A stretch of DNA of 64,000 nt from Acidobacteriota bacterium (GTDB lineage Bacteria; Acidobacteriota; JAAYUB01): the NCBI GenBank assembly GCA_012517875.1, contig JAAYUB010000026.1:1134-65133 (forward strand), in the 5' to 3' direction. Shown here in pieces: positions 45,951 to 55,067 of this stretch. How positions within the stretch are numbered: the first letter of the stretch is position 1; each line of letters begins with the position of its first letter. The notes under the pieces were generated by a model, which did not search any database, was not told where the DNA came from, and saw only the letters and a list, made by a program, of their open reading frames with translations. Position numbers and translations under genes: made by a program.

Positions 45951-47246
45951 ACCGCTTGAACACCACCGCGGTCATGTCATCGGCCTGGGCCCGATCGCCC
46001 GCGTGCTCACAAACCGACCGAAACACCGCTTCGATCAACACCTCGGCCGGCTGCTCCCGGTTGTCGCGGATGACCGCCTCCAAGCGGAGTTCGCCGAATT
46101 CCTCGTCCTGCCCGTTCATCGCCTCGGTGACCCCGTCGGAGAACAGCGTCAACACGTCTCCGGGTTGGAGTCTCACCGCGTCGTCCGAATAGGCGGAATC
46201 CTCCAAACAACCCAGCACCATTCCGCCCTGAGTCAGCCGGCGGGCGGCGCCGGCCGCATCCATCAGGATCGGCGGGCAGTGTCCGGCGTTGGCGAAGCAG
46301 AACCGGTGAGCGGATGTGTCGAGACATCCGAAAAAGAGGGTTGCGAACTTCTCCGCCGACGTGCTGTGATACAGCATGGTGTTGGCCCGCTGCAGGCAAT
46401 CGGAGACGCTGGCGCTGACCTTGGCCTGTCCCCGGATCGTGGCCTGGAGATTGGCCATCAGCATCGCCGCCGGCATGCCTTTCCCCGTGGCATCGCCCAG
46501 ACAGAACGCCACGTGGTCTTGCTGCACCTCGATGAAGTCGAAATAATCCCCGCCCACCTGGCGGGCGGGCCGGCTGCGACCGGCGATGTCATAGCCCGTG
46601 ATGGTCGGCGGCAGTTTCGGCAGGAGATTGACCTGCAGCTCGAAGGCCAGCCGCAGTTCCTCCTGCATCCGCTGCAGGGCCTGCTCTTCCTCAAACAACC
46701 GGCTGTTCTCAATCACCTGCGCCGCCTGGGCTCCAATGATGCTCAGCAATCGTTGGTCATCGTCGGTGAAGCTGTCTCCCGTTTTTTTGTTGAACAGCGC
46801 CAGCATGCCGATCATTCGACCTTTCGACATCAGGGGCACGCCCAGGAGTGACCGGATGGGAAATTCCTGATTGCCGGGCACGTGGAAGCGTTCGTCCCGC
46901 AGCAGGTCCTGCACCAGCAGCGGCCGGTGATATTTGAGCATTTAGCCGGCCAATTGCTCGTTCAGCCGGTAGGGAAGCGCTTCGCCGTCGGTGCCGGCCT
47001 TGCGCACCGTGGTGCGGAACGGGTTGTCGCCGCCGTGTTCATCCAGAAGCAGGATGGTCCCCTGTTCCACCTTGAGGTGCTTTCGGCATTTCTGGAGAGT
47101 GAGGCTCAGGGTCCGGTCCAGCGACAGGGTTGAGTTGATGGCCGTGGCGATCTTGTTGAGAATGGACAGTTCCTCAATCGCCCACCGCAAACGCGCGTTC
47201 TTCCGACTCAGATGGTCCGGTGACGACCGGTGTTTTTCGTCCATGG
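45748..47246 (-). pseudogene. GAF-domain / PP2C (SpoIIE/RsbU-type) serine phosphatase, GAF domain interrupted by an in-frame TAA
   Basis: ORF 46942..47406 ends ...YRLNEQLAG and ORF 45748..46941 starts MLKYHRPLLVQDLLRDERF, so the stop splits one GAF domain. The PP2C domain lies downstream (GDYFDF..., DATGKGMPAAMLMA, SDGVTEA, DDMTAVV). The C-terminal 60 aa of the track ORF is probably read-through into the TPR gene. Confidence 0.55.
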
Positions 47247-47547
47247 CCGCAGCGCCCCCCGCCCGAGCGAATCGGTCACGGAGAATTGGCACCGTTACCA
47301 ATTCCGCAGATCCGCCATTCGGCTTGCCTCCAGCCGACACGCCCTGTGTGTGACACCGTACTATCGATCCCGTTGAAACGCCGCTTGTTGCGCTTATTAA
47401 AACCAACGCGTTACGTTTTCACAATTTTTTCATGAACTCTTGAGGACACCCCGCCGGAGTGTGGCCGGTTGCGAACGGTGAATCGGACCGGCTTCGCCTG
47501 AAGACAGCCCGATATTCGCCCGACGTCAGAGCGCGGGAATCGGGCGG

Positions 47548-48312
47548 TCAGTTGGATTGGTAACGGGAATTCTCTTCGACGATCTTCCGGATGAGCAATC
47601 TGAAATCCTTAGCGCCGCGGGACTCGGGATCGTATTCCAGAACCGTCTTGAAATGGAAGCAGGCCTCGGACACCTTGACGTTCGTGTGAATAGGATTGGT
47701 CAGATTGTCGCCGAAGATGTCCTGCAGCATCCGCATGATCTGGCGGGTCTTCTTGTTGCGGGAATCCACAAAATAGGGGATGACGTTGCTGATGGGGATC
47801 TTGCGGGCCAGATGCACCTCGGCCCGTGAAAACACGTGGATCAACTCCCGGACATTGGCCAGCGCAAGGTATTCCATGGCCACCGGCACCCATGCTTCGC
47901 GGGCGTAGGAGATCGCGTTCGCGTTGAGGAGCGAGAAGCTGGGCGCCGTGTCCATAATCATGAAGTCGTATTCCGGGGCCCGCGCCAGCACGCGGTCCAG
48001 TACTTGGGCCCGGTTGGGAATGCTGTTCTCGATCAGCCAGGTGTTGATGTTGGACAGCGATTTCGACGCTGGAATGAGGTCCAGGTTTGGCCGCACGTTC
48101 ACGATGGCCTGCTCCAGCGGCACTTCCTCCCGGTACACTTCGGTCAGGCTGTACCTGAATTTCCGGTCCAGCACAAAGGTGGCGTTGGCCTGCGGATCGT
48201 TGTCCACCAACAGGACGTGAAAGCCCAGTTCGGCCAGCCCGAAGGACACGTTGACCGCCGTGGTGGTCTTGCCCACTCCGCCCTTGAAATTGATCACCAC
48301 AACTCTGCGCAT
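47548..48312 (-). CDS. ParA/MinD-family P-loop ATPase
   Basis: VVVINFKGGVGKTTTAVN is the deviant Walker A motif. 254 aa. No parB or parS seen nearby. Confidence 0.85.
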   Translation of the reverse strand: MRRVVVINFKGGVGKTTTAVNVSFGLAELGFHVLLVDNDPQANATFVLDRKFRYSLTEVYREEVPLEQAIVNVRPNLDLIPASKSLSNINTWLIENSIPNRAQVLDRVLARAPEYDFMIMDTAPSFSLLNANAISYAREAWVPVAMEYLALANVRELIHVFSRAEVHLARKIPISNVIPYFVDSRNKKTRQIMRMLQDIFGDNLTNPIHTNVKVSEACFHFKTVLEYDPESRGAKDFRLLIRKIVEENSRYQSN

Positions 48313-48462
48313 GTCAGCCAGTCAAAGGAAGAATCACCGATCGATGGGCACTATTCTACCGTGAAACGGGGCAGGGATCAATCGGGTGGCGGGTGTTCCG
48401 AACTGACCGGGGCCCGCACGCCGGAGTCAAACCCCATGCCGTCGCGGATGGACGGTTGCCGA

Positions 48463-49641
48463 TCAGCCACCCAGACGCTTGATCAGCACCGTGGCGTAGG
48501 CGCCCCTCGGCAGGAAGAAATCCAGACCGATGGCGCATCGTCCCGGATTGAGGTCGTCCGGTTCCGCAGGAGCCACCGCCAGTCCCTCCGGCAGCACCCA
48601 CGCGGACCGTTCCGTGGCCTGAACCGACAGTCCGGGTATTTTTCTTACCCGGAGATGATCGAGGCGGATGCCTTCTTCGGCAAGCACATCCTCCACCATC
48701 GCCCGGATCGCCGGATCGGCGATCACGCTGTCAGATGCCGGCACCGGCAGTTTCAAGGTTCCGAGCTCCGCCCGCAATTCCATCGAGAGGCGCTCCGGAA
48801 AAACCATTTCCCCAACCAGATAGCGGCGGCGGCGGAGCGGGCCGTCCGCCTCCGGGTGGCGGCGGAGCAGCCATCGCGACAGAATCTCGTTGAACAAGAA
48901 CGATTGATACGCGTTGAGCGCCATCTGCAGCCGATCCTTGTCGACGGCCGCCAGCGCCCGGGTGTACGACCGCTCGAAGGACTCGGTGGTCAGAACCTGC
49001 AGGACCTTCCGGTACGGACCGAACGGCTGATCCGGCATCTGGCGCCAGCGCCCCCAGTGGGCCAGCACGGCGGCCTTGAGCGCGCGCTCCCGCGGCGGGT
49101 CCCAGCGGGACGGCTCGAAGAACAGCCGCAGCGCCCGCTCGCGCTCGCCCAGGAAGATCGCTTTCCCCATGAAACCGCGACCGTGGCGAGCCGAACCGAA
49201 ACGTTGGTCGTCGAAGTAATTCGGAAAACCGTCGCGCCCCGCCGCCGCGGCTGCGTCGCGCACCGCCGCCGCTTCGCCCGGAGCGACGTCCCGCAGGGTG
49301 ATCCGGAAGCGGTTTCCGCGCACGTCCCGGGCGGACAGGGGCCGGCGTGAGAATCCCACCGCGGTCAGTTCGTAGTTGACGTCGGTGACCACGTCCGGCA
49401 AGTCGGCCCGGTCGGGTACGGCCACGTGTTGCGTCGTGTCGCCGTGGCGGTCCTTGATGCCGCCGAGCGAAATGTCACCACGGCGAACGTGCAACCGTCG
49501 GGCAAGTACATCCAGCAGGTCGAAGGTGTCCCAACTCCGCTTGCGCAGTAGGTACACGCGGAACGCCGCTGGTTCCCGGCCGATCGCCGTGCTCAGCACT
49601 TCCTCGACCAAAAAATCTTCGGGGAGAACTTTGAGTTTCAT
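48463..49641 (-). CDS. truD: tRNA pseudouridine(13) synthase
   Basis: PEDFLVEE N-terminus, GGIKDRHG catalytic-Asp motif and FPNYFDDQRFG. Confidence 0.85.
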   Translation of the reverse strand: MKLKVLPEDFLVEEVLSTAIGREPAAFRVYLLRKRSWDTFDLLDVLARRLHVRRGDISLGGIKDRHGDTTQHVAVPDRADLPDVVTDVNYELTAVGFSRRPLSARDVRGNRFRITLRDVAPGEAAAVRDAAAAAGRDGFPNYFDDQRFGSARHGRGFMGKAIFLGERERALRLFFEPSRWDPPRERALKAAVLAHWGRWRQMPDQPFGPYRKVLQVLTTESFERSYTRALAAVDKDRLQMALNAYQSFLFNEILSRWLLRRHPEADGPLRRRRYLVGEMVFPERLSMELRAELGTLKLPVPASDSVIADPAIRAMVEDVLAEEGIRLDHLRVRKIPGLSVQATERSAWVLPEGLAVAPAEPDDLNPGRCAIGLDFFLPRGAYATVLIKRLGG

Positions 49642-49677
49642 GCGGGGTATCGACTGACACCCGGATCGGACCGTCGC

Positions 49678-50781
49678 CTATTTGCCGGTGGCGGCCAGTT
49701 TGTCCTTCAGCTCCTGTTCCAGGCGGACGAGTTCCTGCTCAGCCGCCTGGCGCCGATTGCGGCCCTCCCGCTGGATCCGGATCACTTCCTCGATGGTCGT
49801 GATCAGGTCGGTGTTGACCTTGCGGACGGTCTCCACATCCACGATTCCTTTCTCCGCTTCCTTGGCGATCTCCACCGTGCTCTCCTTGAGCAGTTCGGCG
49901 TTGCGCCGCAGCAGCTCGTCGGTCGTCGCGGACACCTCGCGCTGCAACTCCAGCGCCTTCTTCTGGCGGATCAGCCCGATGGCGATCACCATCTGATTTT
50001 TCCACAGCGGGATGGTGTTGAGAATAGAGCTCTGGATCTTCTCAGCCAGCTCCTGATTGCCGGCTTGGATCAGCCGGATCTGGGGGAGCGTCTGGAGCGA
50101 CACCGTTTTGCTCAGCTTCAGGTCGTGGAGCCGTTTTTCGAAGCGGTTCGCCAGCCGGCCCAAATCGTCGGCCCGTTGGATGTCAATGGGATCGCCGCTG
50201 TGTTCGGCCTTCGCCCGTGCGTCGGTCAGAATGGTCCGTTGAAATTCCGCCAACTTTTCCTCGCCTGCCTGGATGTAGACCTCGAGATCCTTGAAGTGGA
50301 GCACGTTCTGCTCGAACAGCTTGTCCAGCAGCGAGACGTCCTGCAGCAGCTGGTTCCGCGCCTTGTCGAGATGACCGGCGATCCGATCGATCTGGGTGCT
50401 GAGCGACTGATACTCGGCCATGAACCGCTTGATCCGATCGAACAGGCCGCCGATCAGCGGCAGGGATGCCAGGAAGCCTGGCCCTTCGGCCAGACGGTGG
50501 ACCTTGACCGACTTGACATGCAGGAGGAGATCGGTGAGCATGTCGCCCACCTTCCCGGCATCCTTGGCCCGCACCTCGCCGAGCACCTGATCGGCAAAAT
50601 GCGAGATCTTGCCCTGAACGTCCGCGCCGTACTCGAGGATGGCCTGGTTCTGGCTCAGATCGGTCTGATGTTTGATCGCGTCGATCCGCTCCCGGTCATG
50701 CGCCGACAATTGCACGGCTTGTTCCGGCGCCTCGGGCACGGTGGCGGGTTGTGATTCCATGATGTTCACCTCTTGATTCAC
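49678..50781 (-). CDS. TelA/KlaA-family toxic-anion-resistance protein
   Basis: Predicted coiled-coil, length about 360 aa, and LLHVKSVKVHRLAEGPGFLASLPLIGGLFD-type region typical of TelA. Confidence 0.7.
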   Translation of the reverse strand: MNQEVNIMESQPATVPEAPEQAVQLSAHDRERIDAIKHQTDLSQNQAILEYGADVQGKISHFADQVLGEVRAKDAGKVGDMLTDLLLHVKSVKVHRLAEGPGFLASLPLIGGLFDRIKRFMAEYQSLSTQIDRIAGHLDKARNQLLQDVSLLDKLFEQNVLHFKDLEVYIQAGEEKLAEFQRTILTDARAKAEHSGDPIDIQRADDLGRLANRFEKRLHDLKLSKTVSLQTLPQIRLIQAGNQELAEKIQSSILNTIPLWKNQMVIAIGLIRQKKALELQREVSATTDELLRRNAELLKESTVEIAKEAEKGIVDVETVRKVNTDLITTIEEVIRIQREGRNRRQAAEQELVRLEQELKDKLAATGK

Positions 50782-51425
50782 GAATGGGCGCCCGCGGCAG
50801 GAGGCGGGGGCTCTACCGGCGCATCTTTCGGCGTCTGCTCTCGGGGCGGCTCAGGTTTCGGCCACGCCGCCTTCTCCTCCTCCATCACCTCTTGGAAAAT
50901 TCCCAGCAACTGGGGCATCAATCGGGCGTTGGACCCGTCCACGGCTTCCTGGACCAGCTGGGTCGTGACGCGCAACGTTTTGCCGCCGGTGGGCGTCCGG
51001 TAGAAGGTGAGGAGGTCCTGGAGTTCCGCGTCCGTGTAATACTTATCATACAGGGGCATGTAGATTTCTTCAAGGATCTGGGCAAGCTGGATCCGTTCCT
51101 CATACAGCGTCCGGAAGCGTTTGGCGACGCGCTGGAAACTCTCAGCCACGGCCCGGTCGTGGGCGCTTCTCGCCGATTCCTCCTCCGGCCGGGTGAGTCC
51201 CGGCACCACCTGCGCCAGGATCTGAGGATAACGCCGCTCCAGATCCGCAATGAGCGCCGTTTCAATCTCACCGGTGAGCTTGGCCGGTTCAATGATGGCG
51301 ATGATCTGAAGCACCAGTTCCCGTTTGGCCGGCGAAACGGGTGAACCGGTCGGCGGAGGAGCCGCTTCCTGAGCCGCCGCGAATCCCGCCAAGAACGCCG
51401 TCACCACCAACACGCGCCACATCAT
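50778..51425 (-). CDS. DUF2059-domain periplasmic protein
   Basis: Signal peptide MMWRVLVVTAFLAGFAAAQE. Central LYDKYYTDAELQDLLTFYRTPTGGK resembles DUF2059. Confidence 0.5.
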   Translation of the reverse strand: MMWRVLVVTAFLAGFAAAQEAAPPPTGSPVSPAKRELVLQIIAIIEPAKLTGEIETALIADLERRYPQILAQVVPGLTRPEEESARSAHDRAVAESFQRVAKRFRTLYEERIQLAQILEEIYMPLYDKYYTDAELQDLLTFYRTPTGGKTLRVTTQLVQEAVDGSNARLMPQLLGIFQEVMEEEKAAWPKPEPPREQTPKDAPVEPPPPAAGAHS

Positions 51426-51459
51426 GTTTGTCTTCCTCCGAGACGATATCCCACCAATT

Positions 51460-52173
51460 TCACCGCCACCGCCACCGGCTCATCACCAGCGACAGCGCCG
51501 CCAGCGCGCCCGTTTCGGCCCTGAGCACATACTGGCCCAGATGAACGGGCCGGAATCCGGCCGACCGGGCGATGCTGACCTCGTCCTCGCTCCAACCACC
51601 TTCGGGTCCCACGGCGACGATGACCCGCATCGGTCGCTGGCCCTCCGCCGCGTCGGCGAGAAGGGGCTCGGCTTCGGCGGGGTGGCAGAGCCAGGCCTCG
51701 CCGCCAGGCGGGTTCCCCAGCAGTTCGCGGGAGGAAACCGGTTCGGCGATCTGCAACCGGTGGTTCCGGCCGCACTGCTTGAGGCTCTCCCGCGCGATCC
51801 GCTCCCACCGCATCCGCCGGCAGGGTGAAGCGTCGCGCGCGTCCGTTCGCGAGCAGTGGTCGGCCACCAGCGGCAGCAGCCGGTCCGCACCCAGTTCCGT
51901 CGCCTTCTGGATGATCCACGCGAAGGCATCGGGCCGGATCAACGCCGGGGCCAGGCAGATTTCAGGCAATTCGGGCGGGGGCACGGTCACAACCTGCGTG
52001 ATGTGGAGCCGGCCTGCGTGCGCATCCAGCACGGACAACACCCCCGAGTATTCCCGCCCCTCGCCGTCGAAACCCGTCACGCGGGCCCCGGCTCGCAACC
52101 GGAGCACCCGGAACAAATGCCGAACCTCCTCGACGCCCAACCGGACTTCCTGCCCGGCGACGCCCCCCTCCAC
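51460..52173 (-). CDS. rsmE: 16S rRNA (uracil1498-N3)-methyltransferase
   Basis: PRFFV-like N-terminus RVFVEGG, PUA-like domain then SPOUT domain (VIVAVGPEGGWSEDEV). Start uncertain; GTG chosen to avoid overlap with the upstream gene. Confidence 0.7.
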   Translation of the reverse strand: MEGGVAGQEVRLGVEEVRHLFRVLRLRAGARVTGFDGEGREYSGVLSVLDAHAGRLHITQVVTVPPPELPEICLAPALIRPDAFAWIIQKATELGADRLLPLVADHCSRTDARDASPCRRMRWERIARESLKQCGRNHRLQIAEPVSSRELLGNPPGGEAWLCHPAEAEPLLADAAEGQRPMRVIVAVGPEGGWSEDEVSIARSAGFRPVHLGQYVLRAETGALAALSLVMSRWRWR

Positions 52174-52199
52174 AAAAACGCGGACAGTTCGGCTGTGCG

Positions 52200-54329
52200 T
52201 CAGATCCTGAGGGGCCGTTTTTCTTCCCACGGGATATCCCAAAAAATCTCGATTCCTTCGATCCGGTCGCCTTCGATCAGATTGTTCACCACCTCCAGGC
52301 CTCCCGACACCCGGGCGAAGATGGTGTATCCGCCATCCAAGTGCGGCTGGGGTGACAAGGTCACAAAAAACTGGCTCCCGCCCGTGTCGCGGCCGGAAAG
52401 GGCCATGCCCACCATGCCCCTGTCATAGACCAGCGTATTGACTTCGCACGGAATCAACTGACCCGGGCCACCGTTGCCCGTGCCCAGCGGGCATCCGGCC
52501 TGGACCACAAAATCGGGGACCACCCGGTGGATCATGATGCCATCGAAATAGCGCTCGCCGGCCAGGCTTAGGAAATTCATGCACGTCAGCGGCGCGTCGT
52601 TACGGAACAGTTCGAGAAAGAAGGAGCCCTTGTTGGTTCGGATTTCCACCTGGCAGCCGTACCGGCCGCGCTTCAGAAAATTCCGGAAAAAATCCTCCGG
52701 CGCCGTGGGCATCGGAACGATCCGTGCAAACGGATCCGCCTCGCCCATCTGCTTCAGGGTGCGGGCGGCCCGCAGTCGGACCGGGTAGTACCGAGACGAC
52801 AGCAGCCGGATGAGCAGGTTGCGTCCGGTTTCGCCGGCCCGCGGCAGCAGGGGCACCGCCGCAATCAGCGGATCCGCTGCGTCGCCGTTCAGGCCCTTCG
52901 CGACGAGGCGGCACACCGCTTCGGTCTGTTTCGCATCCAGCGCCGGGACCTTTTCGCGAAGCCAGTCCAGCGTGGCCGCCTGGACGAACGGATCGGGGTC
53001 CGCCAGGAGGCGCAGGACCTCGGTCGGCTCGCCGGGAGTTGCACCCAGCAACCGACTGACATAGAACGGCCGGGCGCTCGCCACCCAGTCCGCGTGCCAG
53101 CCATTGGGGCACTGTCCCTGTTCCAATCCACGCAGCCAGGCGAGTGCCGCCGGATCCTGGCTGGCGGCCGCCGCCTGGATCCAATGCAACGCCGAAGCTT
53201 GGTCGCTGAGCGGCGCGACATCCATCAGTAGCGGCATCGCGGTGGCCGGATCGCCAGCCACCAGGGCCTGGAAGCCCCGCGCCGCCAGAAAGCCGTCAAC
53301 CGTCATCCAGCGGCGGACCGCGGTATAACCCGACGGATCGCCGGCCCGGCCCAGGGCGTCAACCGCCGCCTCGAGCTCCTTCCACAAGTAGGCGTGACGA
53401 ACGCTCCCCTTGAGCTCGGACCGCGCCAGGATCGACTCGCCGTGTCTGATGATCGCGGCTGCGGCAGCCGTGGTTTTCAGGCGGCCCAGCGCGCCCAGCG
53501 CATGGACACGAACGCCGTGGTCCGGGTCGGCCAGCAGTGCAGACAACGTTGGCGCGTCCGGCGGCGACTGGACAAGCGGTGCCAGGTCTAGTCCGCCCGA
53601 CCGGACCAGGGGATCAGGACTCACCAGCAGCCTGCTCAGGAGACCCGCAGGCAGATTCAGCACCAGGGACCGTCGGCGAGCCAGGCGAGCCAGCATCCGC
53701 CCCGCCGTGCCGCCCACCGGGCTCGGAAGCAGGCGGATCATGGCCGGGACCGCTGCCGCCTGCTCCACCCGGACGGCGGCTTTGATCCATTCCCGAGCGT
53801 AGAATTGCTGGGTCTCCTCGTTCAACTGACCCGGGTCCGGCGCGATCGCAGCCGGCGGGGGCAGAAATTCCAGCCGCCCGGTCTTGCCCAAGGCCTCCAC
53901 CGCGCGGGCGCGGACGATCGCAGCCGGATCGGCCAGACAGCGGTGGATGGCATCCATTACCGATGGGTTCGGCGCCGCATCGTATAGACCCATGTTTTCC
54001 GCATCGAGGATCTCACCAATGGCCAGCAGGGAGGCGGCCCGCAACTCTGCATCCGTGGCGCTCAGCCCCTGCTGCAACGTGGCGAGAAACGCGGGTTGGC
54101 CGATCCGGCCCATCGCCAAGGCCGCACGACGGCGCACGACCGGCTCCTGGGCGTGGTCCAAGAACAGCCGCGGCAGAAAGTCATCGGCGCCGGCCCAGCG
54201 GCCCGCCTCGCACTGGAGGACCCGCAACTCCGTCTCAATGCGTCGTTTCTCTTCAGCTTCTCTGGCGCAGCCGATCAGCAGCAGGGCGCCGCCGAGCAGG
54301 GCCATGGTGACGGGTGCGATGCGCTTCAT
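52200..54329 (-). CDS. Lipoprotein with HEAT/Armadillo-like repeats fused to a C-terminal cyclophilin-type peptidyl-prolyl isomerase
   Basis: Lipobox LLLIGC. Repeated AL(G/A)...(D/G)P helical-repeat segments across about 520 aa. C-terminal cyclophilin domain (FHRVVPDFVVQAG, GMVGMA, GSQFFVT). Confidence 0.75.
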   Translation of the reverse strand: MKRIAPVTMALLGGALLLIGCAREAEEKRRIETELRVLQCEAGRWAGADDFLPRLFLDHAQEPVVRRRAALAMGRIGQPAFLATLQQGLSATDAELRAASLLAIGEILDAENMGLYDAAPNPSVMDAIHRCLADPAAIVRARAVEALGKTGRLEFLPPPAAIAPDPGQLNEETQQFYAREWIKAAVRVEQAAAVPAMIRLLPSPVGGTAGRMLARLARRRSLVLNLPAGLLSRLLVSPDPLVRSGGLDLAPLVQSPPDAPTLSALLADPDHGVRVHALGALGRLKTTAAAAAIIRHGESILARSELKGSVRHAYLWKELEAAVDALGRAGDPSGYTAVRRWMTVDGFLAARGFQALVAGDPATAMPLLMDVAPLSDQASALHWIQAAAASQDPAALAWLRGLEQGQCPNGWHADWVASARPFYVSRLLGATPGEPTEVLRLLADPDPFVQAATLDWLREKVPALDAKQTEAVCRLVAKGLNGDAADPLIAAVPLLPRAGETGRNLLIRLLSSRYYPVRLRAARTLKQMGEADPFARIVPMPTAPEDFFRNFLKRGRYGCQVEIRTNKGSFFLELFRNDAPLTCMNFLSLAGERYFDGIMIHRVVPDFVVQAGCPLGTGNGGPGQLIPCEVNTLVYDRGMVGMALSGRDTGGSQFFVTLSPQPHLDGGYTIFARVSGGLEVVNNLIEGDRIEGIEIFWDIPWEEKRPLRI

Positions 54330-54379
54330 GCGTTTTCCTTCTTGCGGTCTGGGATTCGGTCTGCCAGAGCCAACGGCGG

Positions 54380-54901
54380 CTATCGGCGAACCCGATATCC
54401 ATGGAGCTCAACCTCGATGCGGCCCGTCAGCCACTGGGGCGGAAAAGGCTCCACCCACAGGCTGAACTTCCGCATCTCCATGGGCTGGAGGGGAAAATCC
54501 GGTTGGATGGGGGTTTTAACGAATTGCTGCACCAGCCGGTCCTGGGCATCGTAGAGCGATGCCCGGATTTCGACCACTTCGACCAGGCGGTTTCCCTGGT
54601 TGATCAGGGTCCCCGCAACCACTGCCTGCTGTCCCCCCAGGAGGTTTTCGGACACCATGCCCCCGGCGTTGACGATTCTCAGGTACGGCAGATAATCAGG
54701 AAAGCCTGGCTCGCCCTGTCGCAGTACGCCGGCGTGGATGGTGCGGCCTTCCCGATATTGGGGGCCCTTTTTCTGAACGAGGACGATGGCACCAATCACC
54801 ACCACGACCACGATCACCGCCGAGACGATAAGCCAGAGCCGCTTCCACGGAAATGGCCGCTTCTCTGTCGCCGCGCTGAACATCCCGGGGCGTTCCGGCA
54901 T
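54380..54901 (-). CDS. Membrane-anchored hypothetical protein
   Basis: Start MPERPG... then a single TM segment LWLIVSAVIVVVVVIGAIVLV. Confidence 0.45.
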   Translation of the reverse strand: MPERPGMFSAATEKRPFPWKRLWLIVSAVIVVVVVIGAIVLVQKKGPQYREGRTIHAGVLRQGEPGFPDYLPYLRIVNAGGMVSENLLGGQQAVVAGTLINQGNRLVEVVEIRASLYDAQDRLVQQFVKTPIQPDFPLQPMEMRKFSLWVEPFPPQWLTGRIEVELHGYRVRR

Positions 54902-55067
54902 GTTTCCTCCTGCGGAGCGAAAGGCATTGAAACTCAGCCCAATATAGCACACCACTCCGGGCCGATCAAATGGTGGCAGACACCCAGAAAGTGGCATCCC
55001 CTTGAAAATAAAATCGCCAGGGCAACACCCCGGCGATGGTACACCTGAAACGATTCTATTATCTGTT

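Noticed and set aside
47836-49350. 504-aa ORF on the plus strand
   Set aside because: Antisense to the parA-like and truD genes.
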